The notes: a model not told the origin generated them from the letters alone. Positions 17,596 through 27,646 are shown, counted from the first letter of the stretch. The stretch is DNA of 64,000 bases from Pseudomonadota bacterium (GCA_021848465.1 JAJZUP010000002.1:348524-412523), one strand, 5' to 3'. Program-made: numbers and translations.

Positions 17596-17924
17596 ATCTT
17601 TATACGGTTGTATTTACGCGAGAAGCTGAAGAGCAGATTGCAGCGCTCTACCATTACATCGCCGCCGTCTCATCACCTACAACTGCAGAGCACTACACAA
17701 GTGCAATCATCACGCACTGTGAAGAAATGCACACTGTTCCAAATCGTGGCACTAAACGTGACGATGTACGTAAAGGTCTGCGCATCACGAATTACAAACG
17801 AAGAGTCGTCATTGCCTTTTCAGTTGACGACAACGCACTTAGAGTAACGATTATTGGTATTTATTACGGCGGACAGAACTTCGAAGCCGCATTGGAAAGC
17901 GATGATGATTTCGCTCCGCAATAA
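17592..17924 (+). CDS. parE: RelE/ParE-family toxin
   Basis: VVFTREAEEQIAALYHYIA...RGTKRDDVRKGLRITNYKRRVVIAFSVDDNALRVTIIGIYYGGQNFE is a typical ParE pattern. It is translationally coupled to parD. Confidence 0.85.
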   Translation: MNLYTVVFTREAEEQIAALYHYIAAVSSPTTAEHYTSAIITHCEEMHTVPNRGTKRDDVRKGLRITNYKRRVVIAFSVDDNALRVTIIGIYYGGQNFEAALESDDDFAPQ

Positions 17925-18026
17925 ATATCACCCCCACGTGTATAATGGCTCCCAAGGCAGAAATTTTGAATGAATTGCGGAGCAAAAACAGGCCGCAAAC
18001 CCTTGTGGTTATAGGAAATGCATATT

Positions 18027-18074
18027 GGACTGTTAATCCGCAGGTCCCTGGTTCGAGTCCAGGTCGGGGAGCCA
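18027..18074 (+). tRNA. 3'-terminal fragment of tRNA-Asn(GUU), not a complete gene; island att remnant
   Basis: The sequence reads GGA-CTGTTAA-TCCGC (anticodon loop with GTT), AGGTC, CCTGG-TTCGAGT-CCAGG (T arm), TCGGGGA-G-CCA. The 28 nt upstream cannot form a D arm and lack the TCCCCGA 5' acceptor strand. Confidence 0.8.
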
Positions 18075-18079
18075 GATAG

Positions 18080-18114
18080 AAAGGCCTGTAGCAATACAGG
18101 CCTTTATTCTTTTG
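18080..18114 (+). terminator. Rho-independent terminator (native tRNA terminator)
   Basis: An 11-bp stem AAAGGCCTGTA/TACAGGCCTTT with GCAA loop is followed by ATTCTTTTG. Confidence 0.8.
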
Positions 18115-18178
18115 TATTGCACTGCGCACAATGTGCTTGCTCCCGGAAGCCGAGCCCTTGATATTGGTGGAGACGGAA

Positions 18179-19006
18179 ATGCTGAAACTGCTCAGGTTTG
18201 CTTTATTGCTGGTGATCGTGATCGGCCTGGACGGCTGCGTAAAAATTACCAAGCGCCAGCAGCCCAAAAACCCGATTGCCCAGAAAACCATCATCCGGCA
18301 CGCCCCTGACCAGGCCTGGCTGATGCAGGTTCAGCCGGATAACCTCACGGAAAAGCTGGTATTGACCCCCGCCACTTACCGCAACGGCGTGTATGTCTGC
18401 GCCATTGAAAACCTCTCCAAGCCCTGCCTGCCCAAACTCAGTGCGATTGTCGCAGACAAGCTGGAACAAAAAGGCATTGTGGTCGTTACCGACCAGGACA
18501 AGGCAGTTGCCACACTGTATTTTGAAACCTGGTTCGATTCTTTTTCTCGCTATGCAAACGTGGAAAAAACGGATCACGGCGTCTGGAACAACCCGGCCAT
18601 CATGGGCAAGGACTTTGCCTCCAGGATCGAAAAAAGCCTGGAAACCGGCATGCCGCCGGATGTCCACAAGAAATTCCGGGATTCCTCTGATCCGTTTGCG
18701 TCAGTCACAGTCAATTCGAACGATGACCAGAAATTCATTTACGTCGCTTTTACGGCGATCGATATGGACGATGCGATTGATTACCCGGGCGAGGGCGACA
18801 ATCATGTTGGCGCCAGCAGCAATCCCTGGGTCAATCCCGAACCCACCAAAAAACGCTGGAGCCGGCGCAAGTCGGGCCCGCCGACACGCACGCTTATCGG
18901 CAGCTACACAGGGGAAATCCAGACCGAGAAAGCGGTCATGCCGATGCTGAACGATGCGATTGACCTGTTGATCGCACGCGTCAGCCAAAGCCCGAAACGG
19001 CGCTAA
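18179..19006 (+). CDS. Hypothetical lipoprotein
   Basis: An internal ATG gives MLKLLRFALLLVIVIGLDGC, a signal peptide plus lipobox. The coding frame is clean and the antisense ORFs look spurious. Confidence 0.7.
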   Translation: MLKLLRFALLLVIVIGLDGCVKITKRQQPKNPIAQKTIIRHAPDQAWLMQVQPDNLTEKLVLTPATYRNGVYVCAIENLSKPCLPKLSAIVADKLEQKGIVVVTDQDKAVATLYFETWFDSFSRYANVEKTDHGVWNNPAIMGKDFASRIEKSLETGMPPDVHKKFRDSSDPFASVTVNSNDDQKFIYVAFTAIDMDDAIDYPGEGDNHVGASSNPWVNPEPTKKRWSRRKSGPPTRTLIGSYTGEIQTEKAVMPMLNDAIDLLIARVSQSPKRR

Positions 19007-19106
19007 ATAGGGCTCTCCGCCCTTGGGAATGTCATCGGATTGAAATCGATGCCATGCATTATGAGTATAATTACAACCTGCAACCGCAAGTGCCAGAAGT
19101 AACCGA

Positions 19107-19958
19107 ATGAAAAAAACTGCCCCACAAAACGAGCAGGATCTGATCAAGAGCATCCTCGACAGCCAGATCCTGATTCCCCCACAGCCGACGATTCTTCTCG
19201 AAATCGACAAGCTGCTGAACAAGCCGAGCAACTCGTTGACGGCCATCGGCAACCTGATCAACAAGGACGTGGGCCTGAGCGGCGCGATGTTCAAACTGGT
19301 CAACTCTGCGTTCTATAGCCAGCCCGGCAATATCACCAGCATCCAGAAAGCCATTACGATCCTCGGGCTCAACCAGGTCTCGAACCTGATCAAGGGACTG
19401 TCATTGCGCCGCGCCATAGGGGGGCAGGAGGTCGCCTATGAGAAATTCTGGGAGCGCTCGTTCGAGATCGCCACGCTAAGTGCCATTGTCGCGAAAAAAC
19501 AGATTTCCGCCTGCAACATTGCCGTTGACCAGGCCTATATGGCAGGGTTGTTCCATGAATGCGGCGTGCCGATCCTGATGCAACGCTTCCCGGAATATTG
19601 CCAAACCTTCCGCCTGAACCAGGGTAGCAACTGGCCGGACTTTTATGAGGAAGACAAGCGCTTCAAGACCGACCACACCGTGGTTGGCTTCCTGGTCGCA
19701 CGGCATTGGAACCTGCCAGAATTCATCTGCCAATCGGTACGCTTCCACCATGACTTGCTGAGCGTCGACCATGCCGCATTGACACTGGTTTCCATCCTGC
19801 AAATGGCCCGCCACCTGTACTGTGTAAGTCACCGCATTGACGACTCCGCAGAGTGGGAGCGGCTAGGCAAGCAAGTGCTGGAAGAAATCGGTGTCGGCAA
19901 GGAGGGCTCGGTGGAATTCATGGAAGACGTGCTCGACACTTTCCACCACTCTGCCTGA
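19107..19958 (+). CDS. HDOD domain signalling protein
   Basis: LLEIDKLLNKPSNSLTAIGNLINKDVGLSGAMFKLVNSAFYSQPGNITSIQKAITILGLNQV is the HDOD signature. FHECG and HH are present downstream. Confidence 0.8.
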   Translation: MKKTAPQNEQDLIKSILDSQILIPPQPTILLEIDKLLNKPSNSLTAIGNLINKDVGLSGAMFKLVNSAFYSQPGNITSIQKAITILGLNQVSNLIKGLSLRRAIGGQEVAYEKFWERSFEIATLSAIVAKKQISACNIAVDQAYMAGLFHECGVPILMQRFPEYCQTFRLNQGSNWPDFYEEDKRFKTDHTVVGFLVARHWNLPEFICQSVRFHHDLLSVDHAALTLVSILQMARHLYCVSHRIDDSAEWERLGKQVLEEIGVGKEGSVEFMEDVLDTFHHSA

Positions 19959-19966
19959 CGGCCCGT

Positions 19967-21100
19967 TCAGCTCCGCGCCAGGTGCGCCAACTGCAAATAA
20001 TTCGCGCTTTGCATTTCGTTCAACCGGCTGGCGACCCGCCTGAAGTCATCCCCCAGCACCGCCTGCGGATCCAGCGCCTGCGCGGCCGCTGCCGCCGCGA
20101 TCACCAGCTTTACCCGCTGATCGTAAAGCACATCGATCAGCCAGACGAAGCGCCGCGCCGCAGCGGCTGTTTCCGGCGAAAATACCGGAACCCCGGAAAT
20201 GAATACGGTATGAAACCGATGGGCAATTTCGAGGTAGTCCGGTTGCGCGTGCAAGCCTGCACAAATTTCCTGGAATTCAAACCATACGATGCCTTGCCCC
20301 TGGCGCAATACCGGCAGCGTCCGCCCGCCAATGCTGATGCTCAACCCGGCTTCCGGAATAAATGCGCTTAGTTGCGCGAACAGCTCCTGCATGCGCATCC
20401 GGCTGGCGGCATCGTCCGGCGTCATGAACATGGGTTCGCGCGTCAGCGCACGCAAACGGTAATCTTCCTGCCCGGCCAGCTCGATCACCTGCAATTCGCT
20501 TTTCAGCAATGCGATGGTCGGCAGGAATTTCTGGCGTTGCAGGCCATGCTCATAGAGTTGTTCGGGCGCCTGGTTGGAGGTCGTCACCAGCACCACCCCA
20601 TGGGCAAACAAAGCTTCCAGCAGTCGCCCCAGGATCATCGCATCGGCGATGTCGGAAACATGCAATTCGTCCAGGCATAACAGGCGCACTTCATCGGCAA
20701 GCTGCGCAGCGAATGCCAGCAGCGGATCGCGCTCATGCCCGTGCCGGACCAGCCCCCGATGAACCGTGAGCATGAAATCGTGGAAATGAAGCCGACGCTT
20801 GCGCCGGTATGGCAGACCGGCAAAGAACGCATCCATCAACAGGCTTTTGCCGCGCCCTACGCCCCCCCACAGGTATATGCCCTGGGGACTATCCGGACTC
20901 AGCAGGGAGCGGCCGAGCAGACGATTGCGCCGCGTCTTGAACTCAAGCAACTGCCTCCACAACCCGTGCAACACCTCCACTGCCGCCTCCTGAGCCGGGT
21001 CGGGCACAAACCCCGGCCTCAAGCGGGCGGCCTCGTACCAGGCGCGCGGGCTTACTCCCTGCTCATCCTGCATGGCCCTGGCAGAAATATCGTGCAGCAT
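19967..21100 (-). CDS. zapE: Cell division protein ZapE (AFG1-like ATPase)
   Basis: The Walker A context is GIYLWGGVGRGKSLLMDAFF and the Walker B is LLCLDELHVSDIADAMIL. Length is typical for ZapE. Confidence 0.85.
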   Translation of the reverse strand: MLHDISARAMQDEQGVSPRAWYEAARLRPGFVPDPAQEAAVEVLHGLWRQLLEFKTRRNRLLGRSLLSPDSPQGIYLWGGVGRGKSLLMDAFFAGLPYRRKRRLHFHDFMLTVHRGLVRHGHERDPLLAFAAQLADEVRLLCLDELHVSDIADAMILGRLLEALFAHGVVLVTTSNQAPEQLYEHGLQRQKFLPTIALLKSELQVIELAGQEDYRLRALTREPMFMTPDDAASRMRMQELFAQLSAFIPEAGLSISIGGRTLPVLRQGQGIVWFEFQEICAGLHAQPDYLEIAHRFHTVFISGVPVFSPETAAAARRFVWLIDVLYDQRVKLVIAAAAAAQALDPQAVLGDDFRRVASRLNEMQSANYLQLAHLARS

Positions 21101-21123
21101 GGATAACCAAAAAGCTGTGGCGC

Positions 21124-21486
21124 TCAGCCGTTCGTGGCGGAGGCATGATGGCGCTCGATTACACCATCAATAAACTTGCGCAAAAAAGCTTCGGTCTGGG
21201 CGCTGTGAAAACGGTCAATCTCAACCCCGCGGCTGTAGGCCACCACGGTCGGGAAGCCGCGCACCTTGTGCTTGCCGGCAATCTTCATGTTTTCATCCGC
21301 ATCCACGATACCCAGCAGGAATTTGCCATCGTACTCGAATACCATCTTATGCAGCAGCGGCGCGAGTACCCGGCACGGCGCACACCATTCCGCGCTGATA
21401 TCCATCAACACCGGCAACTCATGCGAACGCGCCACGACCAGATCGTCAAACGTGGCTTCCTCTACGTTATAGGAATAATCGGACAT
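21124..21486 (-). CDS. Thioredoxin-family protein (120 aa)
   Basis: An internal start gives MSDYSYNVEEATFDDLV...DISAEWCAPCRVLAP, a WCxPC redox motif. The upstream extension of the ORF overlaps the murJ 3' end. Confidence 0.8.
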   Translation of the reverse strand: MSDYSYNVEEATFDDLVVARSHELPVLMDISAEWCAPCRVLAPLLHKMVFEYDGKFLLGIVDADENMKIAGKHKVRGFPTVVAYSRGVEIDRFHSAQTEAFLRKFIDGVIERHHASATNG

Positions 21487-21503
21487 CTTTCTTCTCCAAA
21501 TAA

Positions 21504-23042
21504 TCAACTGGCCCCGCGCTTGGAAAAATCCTTGAGCCGGAAACCCAGTGCAAACAGCACGGCAAAATACACGACGACACCCGACACCACCAGCCATGCC
21601 AGATGAATGATGCGCGTCCAGCCATGAGTGTGCAGCCATTGCGCTTCACTGCCCATGCCGAACCATAGTGCCACACCCAGCGCGAGCAGCGCTACGCATA
21701 GCTTCAGGAAGAATTTTCCCCAGCCCGGCTCCGGGCGATAAATATCGTGTTTGCGCAGGAAGTAAAACAAAACCGCAGAGTTGAAACAGGCCCCTAGCCC
21801 GATCGCGAGCGCCAGCCCGGCATGATGCAGCCAGCCGACAAAAGCCAGATTCATCAATTGCGTGGCCAGCAAGGTTGCGATGCCGATCTTCACCGGCGTC
21901 TTGATGTTCTGACGCGCATAGAACCCCGGCGCCAGCACCTTGACTGCGATCAGCCCGATCAGTCCCACGCTGTAACCCACCAGGGCGTTGCGCGTCATCA
22001 GCACATCATTGGCGGCAAAGGCGCCATGCTGAAAAAAAGTTGCCAGCAACGGCACCGCAATCATACCCAGCGCCAATGCTGCCGGCAGCGTAAGCAGGAA
22101 TACCAGGCGCAAGCCCCAGTCCAGCAGCCTGGAATACTCTTCCGGGCTGTTATCTGCATGGTGCTTGGAAAGCGACGGCAGCAGGATCGTGCCCAACGCC
22201 GCTCCCAGCAGACCGGATGGAAACTCCATCAGGCGGTCGGCGTAATACAGCCAGGAAACGCTGCCTGCCACCAGGAAGGAGGCGAAAATGGTGTTGATGA
22301 TGAGGCTGATCTGCGCAATGGAAACGCCGAACAGCGCTGGTCCCATCTGTTTGATGATGCGCCACACCCCGGCATCCTTGAGATTGAAGCTCCATCTGGG
22401 CAACATGCCGATCTTCTTCAGGAACGGCAACTGGAAGGCAAGCTGCACCACCCCGCCCAGGAAAACCGCCCAGCCCAGGGCCAGGATGGGGGGATTGCAG
22501 TACGGCGCCAGCCACAATGCGGCCGCAATAAAACACACGTTGAGCAGGATCGGCGCCACGGCCGGCACCCAGAACCTGTTATAAGTATTGAGGATACCGG
22601 CCGCCACCGCGACCAGCGAGATAAAGAAAATGTAGGGGGAAGTGATGCGCAGGAGTTGAACCGTGAGCGCAAATTTTTCCGGCTCCTGCACGAAACCCGG
22701 CGCGCTGATGTACACCAGCACCGGCGCCGCAATCACGCCAAGCAGCGTGACCAGAAACAGGATGATGCCCAGCAGGGTCACCACGTGATCCACCAGGCGC
22801 TTGGTTTCCTCCGGAGTTTTGCGGTTTTTATACTCCCCGAAAATCGGCACGAACGCCTGGGAGAAAGCTCCCTCCGCAAACATGCGCCGCAGCAGGTTGG
22901 GCAGTTTGAACGCGACGAAAAACGCATCTGTCGCCATACCTGCCCCGAAAATGCGGGCAATCAACACGTCGCGCACAAATGCCATGATACGGGAAACCAG
23001 GGTCAGGCTGCTGACCGTTGCAAAAGCTTTTAGTAGATTCAT
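21504..23042 (-). CDS. murJ: Lipid II flippase MurJ (MviN)
   Basis: [66 protein letters not shown] is the canonical MurJ N-terminus. The protein is 512 aa and polytopic. Confidence 0.92.
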   Translation of the reverse strand: MNLLKAFATVSSLTLVSRIMAFVRDVLIARIFGAGMATDAFFVAFKLPNLLRRMFAEGAFSQAFVPIFGEYKNRKTPEETKRLVDHVVTLLGIILFLVTLLGVIAAPVLVYISAPGFVQEPEKFALTVQLLRITSPYIFFISLVAVAAGILNTYNRFWVPAVAPILLNVCFIAAALWLAPYCNPPILALGWAVFLGGVVQLAFQLPFLKKIGMLPRWSFNLKDAGVWRIIKQMGPALFGVSIAQISLIINTIFASFLVAGSVSWLYYADRLMEFPSGLLGAALGTILLPSLSKHHADNSPEEYSRLLDWGLRLVFLLTLPAALALGMIAVPLLATFFQHGAFAANDVLMTRNALVGYSVGLIGLIAVKVLAPGFYARQNIKTPVKIGIATLLATQLMNLAFVGWLHHAGLALAIGLGACFNSAVLFYFLRKHDIYRPEPGWGKFFLKLCVALLALGVALWFGMGSEAQWLHTHGWTRIIHLAWLVVSGVVVYFAVLFALGFRLKDFSKRGAS

Positions 23043-23067
23043 GAATATTCACTCTGTAGCAGCCGCA

Positions 23068-23421
23068 CTACCATCCGCCGGTGCGGGGTTTGCGCCGTTC
23101 CTTACCAAGCACCGGATATGGGCCGGTTGCCTCCCCCGCATGCCCCTCGCGCCCGGGCCGGATTTTCAGGCGATGCTCGGTTACAAACTGCCGGACGATC
23201 TCATAGGCCGCCGGGTCGACCCGCTGCAACGAGGTGCGCACCACCACGGCCGGCAGCCCCTCGATAGTCATCGGGCGCGCATAGGATGAAAAAAGCATAC
23301 GCCCGTCCGGCCCGGTCGTAGCCAGCATATTGCACAATCCAACCGCCCAGCCGGATGGCTGGAACACGTCCCCTTCCAAGGTCATGCCTTGAATAACAAA
23401 CTCACTAGCGCCGGGTATCAT
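23068..23421 (-). CDS. DUF3579-like protein
   Basis: FVIQGMTLEGDVFQPSGWAVGLCNMLATTGPDGRMLFSSYARPMTIEGLPAVVV matches my recollection of the DUF3579 pattern common next to rpsT/murJ in Betaproteobacteria. Confidence 0.6.
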   Translation of the reverse strand: MIPGASEFVIQGMTLEGDVFQPSGWAVGLCNMLATTGPDGRMLFSSYARPMTIEGLPAVVVRTSLQRVDPAAYEIVRQFVTEHRLKIRPGREGHAGEATGPYPVLGKERRKPRTGGW

Positions 23422-23534
23422 CCAGTATTCCCTTGCTCGCCCAATCCAGGCCCACAATTGACCATCATAACATTTTCACCCAAGCCGCCGCAGCACCGGC
23501 TAGAATCGGCTTTCTGCACCAGAAAATGTATGAG

Positions 23535-23563
23535 TTGCAAAAATCCGGCGGCCTCCCTATAAT
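23535..23563 (+). promoter_or_regulatory. Sigma70-type promoter of rpsT (TTGCAA-17-TATAAT)
   Basis: -35 TTGCAA is at 23535-23540 and -10 TATAAT at 23558-23563, about 40 nt upstream of the rpsT ATG. Confidence 0.55.
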
Positions 23564-23603
23564 GCGCGCCTTTTAATGCAAGCCGAATTTCCAAGGAGTT
23601 ACC

Positions 23604-23867
23604 ATGGCAAACAGCGCACAAGCTAGAAAGCGTGCAAGACAGTCGATCAAACAGAACCAGCATAATTCCAGCCTGCGTTCTGAAATGCGCACTGCAATCA
23701 AAAGAGTAGCAGCTGCAATCAAGGCTGGCGACAAAGCCGCTGCACAAGCTGTGTTCCGCGAATCCACCAGCGTAGTGGACTCCATCGCTGACAAAAAGAT
23801 CATTCACAAGAACAAGGCTGCACGCCACAAGAGCCGATTGTCCGCCGCTATCAAGGCGATGGCCTGA
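23604..23867 (+). CDS. rpsT: 30S ribosomal protein S20
   Basis: [35 protein letters not shown]...[13 protein letters not shown] is present. Confidence 0.95.
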   Translation: MANSAQARKRARQSIKQNQHNSSLRSEMRTAIKRVAAAIKAGDKAAAQAVFRESTSVVDSIADKKIIHKNKAARHKSRLSAAIKAMA

Positions 23868-23899
23868 TATATCGCGGAAAATAAACAGACTGCGACAAG

Positions 23900-23930
23900 A
23901 AGGCCGACCAGCAGTCGGCCTTTTTCGTTT
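23900..23930 (+). terminator. Rho-independent terminator of rpsT
   Basis: Stem AAGGCCGAC/GTCGGCCTT with a 5-nt loop, followed by TTTCGTTTTG. Confidence 0.8.
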
Positions 23931-23982
23931 TGTAACATCGCTATGTCATAACGCAGGGCAGCAATAAACCAAGGGGCGCTCC

Positions 23983-25164
23983 ATGTCACATTTGATGAAC
24001 ACGTATGCACGGCAACCGGTTACCTTTAGCCACGGCGAAGGCGTCTGGCTCTGGGATACCAACGGCAAGCGCTATCTCGATGCGCTGTCCGGCATAGCGG
24101 TCAACACACTGGGACATGCCCACCCCGAGTTCACCGCCGCGCTCTCCGGCCAGATCGGCAAGCTGATCCACACTTCCAACGTCTACCAGATCAGCGAGCA
24201 GGAAAAGATCGCGGACAAACTATGCGAGCTGTCGCGCATGGACGAGGTATTCCTGTGCAATTCCGGCTGCGAGGCCAACGAGGCCGCCATCAAGCTGGCG
24301 CGAATGTTCGGGCATAACAAGGGCATCGCCGAGCCCGCCATCATCGTCATGGAAAAAGCCTTCCATGGCCGTACCCTGGCCACCCTTTCCGCCACCGGCA
24401 ACCGCAAGGTACAGGCCGGTTTTGAGCCGCTGGTCAGCGGTTTCGTTCGCGTGCCGTACGATGACCTCGAAGCCATCCGCCAGGTAGCGCAGCACAACCC
24501 CAATATCGTCGCCATCCTGGTTGAGCCGATCCAGGGGGAAGGCGGCATCCGCACGCCGGATGTCGTCTACCTGCAAGGCCTGCGCGCCATGTGCGACCAG
24601 CATGACTGGCTGCTGATGCTGGACGAAGTGCAAAGCGGCATCGGCCGCACCGGAAAGTGGTTTGCCCACCAGCATGCCGCCATCCTGCCGGATGTGATGA
24701 CGCTGGCGAAAGGTCTCGGTTCCGGCGTACCAGTCGGCGCCTGCCTGGCGGCCGGCAAGGCCACCGGCACCTTCAAGCCCGGCAACCATGGCTCGACCTT
24801 CGGCGGCAACCCGCTGGCTTCGACGGCTGCGCTGACCACACTGAGCATCATGGAAAAGCAGCAACTGCTGACCCACGCTGCCGCACTGGGCGCCGCGCTG
24901 AAACAGCAATTCCTGACCCGTCTGGCCAACGTCAAAGGCGTGGTCACCGTGCGCGGGCAAGGCCTGATGCTGGGCATCGAGCTGGATCGCCCCTGCGGCG
25001 CGCTGGTGGGCAAAGCACTGGAAAAAGGCCTGCTGATCAACGTCACTGCCGATAACGTGATCCGTCTGTTACCGCCGCTGATTTTCTCGCAGGTGGATGC
25101 CCAGTTGCTGCTGGACAGCCTGTGCCCGCTCATTACCGAATTCCTGGCACAGGAGCAAGCATGA
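23983..25164 (+). CDS. argD: Acetylornithine aminotransferase (class III PLP aminotransferase)
   Basis: The N-terminus is MNTYARQPVTFSHGEGVWLWDTNGKRYLDALSGIAVNTLGH. Also present are LDEVQSGIGRTGKWFA and TLAKGLGSG (PLP-Lys context). The gene is coupled to argF. Confidence 0.9.
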   Translation: MSHLMNTYARQPVTFSHGEGVWLWDTNGKRYLDALSGIAVNTLGHAHPEFTAALSGQIGKLIHTSNVYQISEQEKIADKLCELSRMDEVFLCNSGCEANEAAIKLARMFGHNKGIAEPAIIVMEKAFHGRTLATLSATGNRKVQAGFEPLVSGFVRVPYDDLEAIRQVAQHNPNIVAILVEPIQGEGGIRTPDVVYLQGLRAMCDQHDWLLMLDEVQSGIGRTGKWFAHQHAAILPDVMTLAKGLGSGVPVGACLAAGKATGTFKPGNHGSTFGGNPLASTAALTTLSIMEKQQLLTHAAALGAALKQQFLTRLANVKGVVTVRGQGLMLGIELDRPCGALVGKALEKGLLINVTADNVIRLLPPLIFSQVDAQLLLDSLCPLITEFLAQEQA

Positions 25165-26084
25165 GCACGATCAGGCACTTTTTGCAGTTCAAGGACTTCA
25201 CCCGTGAAGAGTTCGAATACCTGTTCGAGCGCACGCGCATCATCAAGGAACGCTTCAAGCGCTATGAAAAATACTGGCCGCTGGAGGACCGCACGCTGGT
25301 GATGATTTTCGAGAAGGCCAGCACACGTACGCGCTTGTCGTTCGAAGCGGGCATGCACCAGCTCGGCGGCTCAGCCATCTACCTGAACACGCGCGACTCG
25401 CAGCTCGGCCGCGGCGAACCTGTGGAGGATGCCGGCCAGGTGATCTCGCGCATGAGCGACATCGTGATGATCCGCACTTTCGAGCAGGACATCATCGAGC
25501 GCTTCGCCGCCAACTCGCGCGTACCGGTGATCAACGGCCTGACCAACGAATACCACCCCTGCCAGGTACTGGCAGACATCCATACCTACATCGAGCATCG
25601 CGGTTCCATCAAGGGCAAAACCGTGGCCTGGATCGGCGACTCCAACAACATGTGCAATACCTGGCTGCAAGCGGCGGAAATACTGGACTTCAACGTGCAC
25701 GTTTCCACCCCGCCCGGCTATGAAGTCGAACCCGAGCGCGCCGGATTGTTCGGCGAGGACCACTACGAGGAATTCAAGGACCCGATGGAAGCCGCGCGCG
25801 GCGCTGACCTGGTCACCACCGACGTGTGGACCTCGATGGGCTGGGAAGCCGAAAACGAAGAACGCCTGAAAGACTTTGCCGACTGGCAGGTGGACGGCGA
25901 CATGATGCGCATTGCCGCCAAGGACGCGCTATTCATGCACTGCCTGCCCGCGCATCGCGGTGAGGAAGTTTCCGCCGAAGTCATTGACGGTCCGCAATCC
26001 GTGGTCTGGGATGAGGCGGAGAACCGCTTGCATGTGCAGAAGGCACTGATGGAGTACCTGTTGCTGGGAAAAGTTAATAACTAA
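25161..26084 (+). CDS. argF: Ornithine carbamoyltransferase
   Basis: The OTCase motifs FEKASTRTR, HPCQVLAD and FMHCLPAHRGEE are present. The ATG overlaps the argD stop (ATGA). Confidence 0.92.
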   Translation: MSTIRHFLQFKDFTREEFEYLFERTRIIKERFKRYEKYWPLEDRTLVMIFEKASTRTRLSFEAGMHQLGGSAIYLNTRDSQLGRGEPVEDAGQVISRMSDIVMIRTFEQDIIERFAANSRVPVINGLTNEYHPCQVLADIHTYIEHRGSIKGKTVAWIGDSNNMCNTWLQAAEILDFNVHVSTPPGYEVEPERAGLFGEDHYEEFKDPMEAARGADLVTTDVWTSMGWEAENEERLKDFADWQVDGDMMRIAAKDALFMHCLPAHRGEEVSAEVIDGPQSVVWDEAENRLHVQKALMEYLLLGKVNN

Positions 26085-26095
26085 CTTCCGTACGC

Positions 26096-26410
26096 ATGAA
26101 GCGTAACCTGTCCAACTACATCCTGAACATCTCGGCCACCATGGTCGGCGTATGCATGACCATGCTGTCCATCATCCAGTTGGTACCCAAGGGCGCCATT
26201 TCGCGCTGGGTGGACGATGTGTTGTCGCTGGACAGTTTGTGTTTCCTGCTGAGCACCCTGCTGTCATACTGGGCGCTGCGCCATCAGGAAGTCTCCGAAA
26301 AATTTGAAAATGTTGCCGACCTGATTTTCATGGGCAGCATGATTCTCTTGGTCGCCACCGGTTTTGGTCTTGTTTCTCTGGAATTTATTGGAAAAGGAAA
26401 TGCGCTGTGA
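26096..26410 (+). CDS. Small membrane protein (104 aa, about 3 TM) embedded in the arg cluster
   Basis: Hydrophobic segments are [39 protein letters not shown] and [20 protein letters not shown]. The stop overlaps the argG GTG start. Confidence 0.55.
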   Translation: MKRNLSNYILNISATMVGVCMTMLSIIQLVPKGAISRWVDDVLSLDSLCFLLSTLLSYWALRHQEVSEKFENVADLIFMGSMILLVATGFGLVSLEFIGKGNAL

Positions 26411-27633
26411 GCTCTGTTAAAAAAGTCGTCCTCGCCTACTCTGGCGGCCTCGATACCTCGGTCATCCTGAAGTGGCTGCAAGACACCTATCAATGTGAAG
26501 TGGTGACCTTCACCGCCGACCTCGGCCAGGGCGAAGAGCTGGAGCCCGCGCGCCAGAAGGCACTGAAATTCGGCATCAAGCCGGAACAGATTTTCATCGA
26601 CGACCTGCGCGAAGAATTCGTGCGCGACTTCGTGTTCCCGATGTTCCGCGCCAATACCGTGTACGAAGGCGAGTACCTGCTCGGCACCTCCATCGCGCGC
26701 CCGCTGATCGCCAAACGCCTGGTGGAAATCGCCAACCAGACCGGCGCCGATGCGGTCTCGCACGGTGCCACCGGCAAGGGCAACGACCAGGTGCGTTTCG
26801 AGCTGGGCGCCTATGCGCTGAAGCCCGGCATCAAGATCATCGCCCCGTGGCGCGAATGGGATTTGCTGTCGCGCGAAAAGCTGCTGGCCTATGCCGAAAA
26901 GCACGGCATCCCCATCGACATGAAGCACAAGAACGGCGGCTCGCCGTACTCGATGGACGCCAACCTGCTGCACATCAGCTTTGAAGGCCGCCACCTGGAA
27001 GACCCCGCCGCCGAAGCCGAAGAGAGCATGTGGCGCTGGACGGTGTCGCCGGAAAAAGCACCGGATGCCGCCGAATATCTCGACCTCGAATTCAAGAACG
27101 GCGATATCGTCGCCCTGAACGGCACTCCGATGTCGCCCGCACAAGTGCTGACCAAGCTGAATGAGCTGGGCGGCAAGCACGGCATCGGCCGTCTCGATCT
27201 GGTGGAAAACCGTTACGTCGGCATGAAGTCGCGCGGCTGCTACGAAACTCCCGGCGGCACCATCATGCTGAAAGCGCACCGCGCAATCGAATCGATCACA
27301 CTGGACCGCGAAGTCGCCCACCTGAAGGACGACCTGATGCCGCGCTACGCCAGCATGATCTACAACGGCTACTGGTGGAGCCCCGAGCGCATCGCGCTGC
27401 AAACGCTGATCGACCACACCCAGAAGACCGTCAACGGTTGGGTACGCGTGAAGCTGTACAAGGGCAACGTGATCGTCGTGGGCCGCGACTCCAAGACCGA
27501 CTCGCTGTTCGACCCGACCATCGCCACCTTCGAAGACGACAAGGGCGCGTATGACCAGAAGGACGCGGGCGGCTTCATCAAGCTGAACGCGCTGCGCATG
27601 CGCATCGCCGCCAACCTGAGAAACCGCAAGTAA
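26407..27633 (+). CDS. argG: Argininosuccinate synthase
   Basis: [20 protein letters not shown] (ATP-PPase motif) and [13 protein letters not shown] are present, and the length is canonical. It starts with GTG. Confidence 0.93.
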   Translation: MSSVKKVVLAYSGGLDTSVILKWLQDTYQCEVVTFTADLGQGEELEPARQKALKFGIKPEQIFIDDLREEFVRDFVFPMFRANTVYEGEYLLGTSIARPLIAKRLVEIANQTGADAVSHGATGKGNDQVRFELGAYALKPGIKIIAPWREWDLLSREKLLAYAEKHGIPIDMKHKNGGSPYSMDANLLHISFEGRHLEDPAAEAEESMWRWTVSPEKAPDAAEYLDLEFKNGDIVALNGTPMSPAQVLTKLNELGGKHGIGRLDLVENRYVGMKSRGCYETPGGTIMLKAHRAIESITLDREVAHLKDDLMPRYASMIYNGYWWSPERIALQTLIDHTQKTVNGWVRVKLYKGNVIVVGRDSKTDSLFDPTIATFEDDKGAYDQKDAGGFIKLNALRMRIAANLRNRK

Positions 27634-27646
27634 GCACGAGGGACGC

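Larger units (their letters stand above)
1..18074. mobile_element. Integrated mobilizable genomic island (IME-like). Right end is a tRNA-Asn 3' fragment. Left end is unresolved and may lie outside the window.
   Basis: G+C is visibly lower and intergenic regions are AT-rich compared with 18.1-45.1 kb. It carries a tyrosine integrase plus a DUF4224-like gene, a MobQ-type relaxase with a nic-like site, a ParDE module and defence-type cargo. It ends exactly at a 48-nt tRNA-Asn 3' fragment followed by a terminator hairpin. No phage structural genes or T4SS genes are seen. Confidence 0.7.

Noticed and set aside
17999-18074. Complete tRNA-Asn gene
   Set aside because: Only the 3' 48 nt fold as a tRNA. 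The would-be 5' acceptor strand (ACCCTTG) does not pair properly with TCGGGGA, and no D arm can be formed.
1-18074. Interpreting the island as a prophage
   Set aside because: No capsid, tail, terminase, portal or lysis genes are visible. The content (relaxase, oriT-like site, integrase, TA, defence cargo) fits an integrative mobilizable element better.
17851-18294. 147-aa minus-strand ORF spanning the parE end, the tRNA fragment and the lipoprotein start
   Set aside because: It overlaps a tRNA-derived sequence, a terminator and better-supported genes on the other strand. It has no motifs.
21822-23033. 403-aa plus-strand ORF antisense to murJ
   Set aside because: It is a shadow ORF with extreme Arg/Gln/His content. 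MurJ on the minus strand is canonical.
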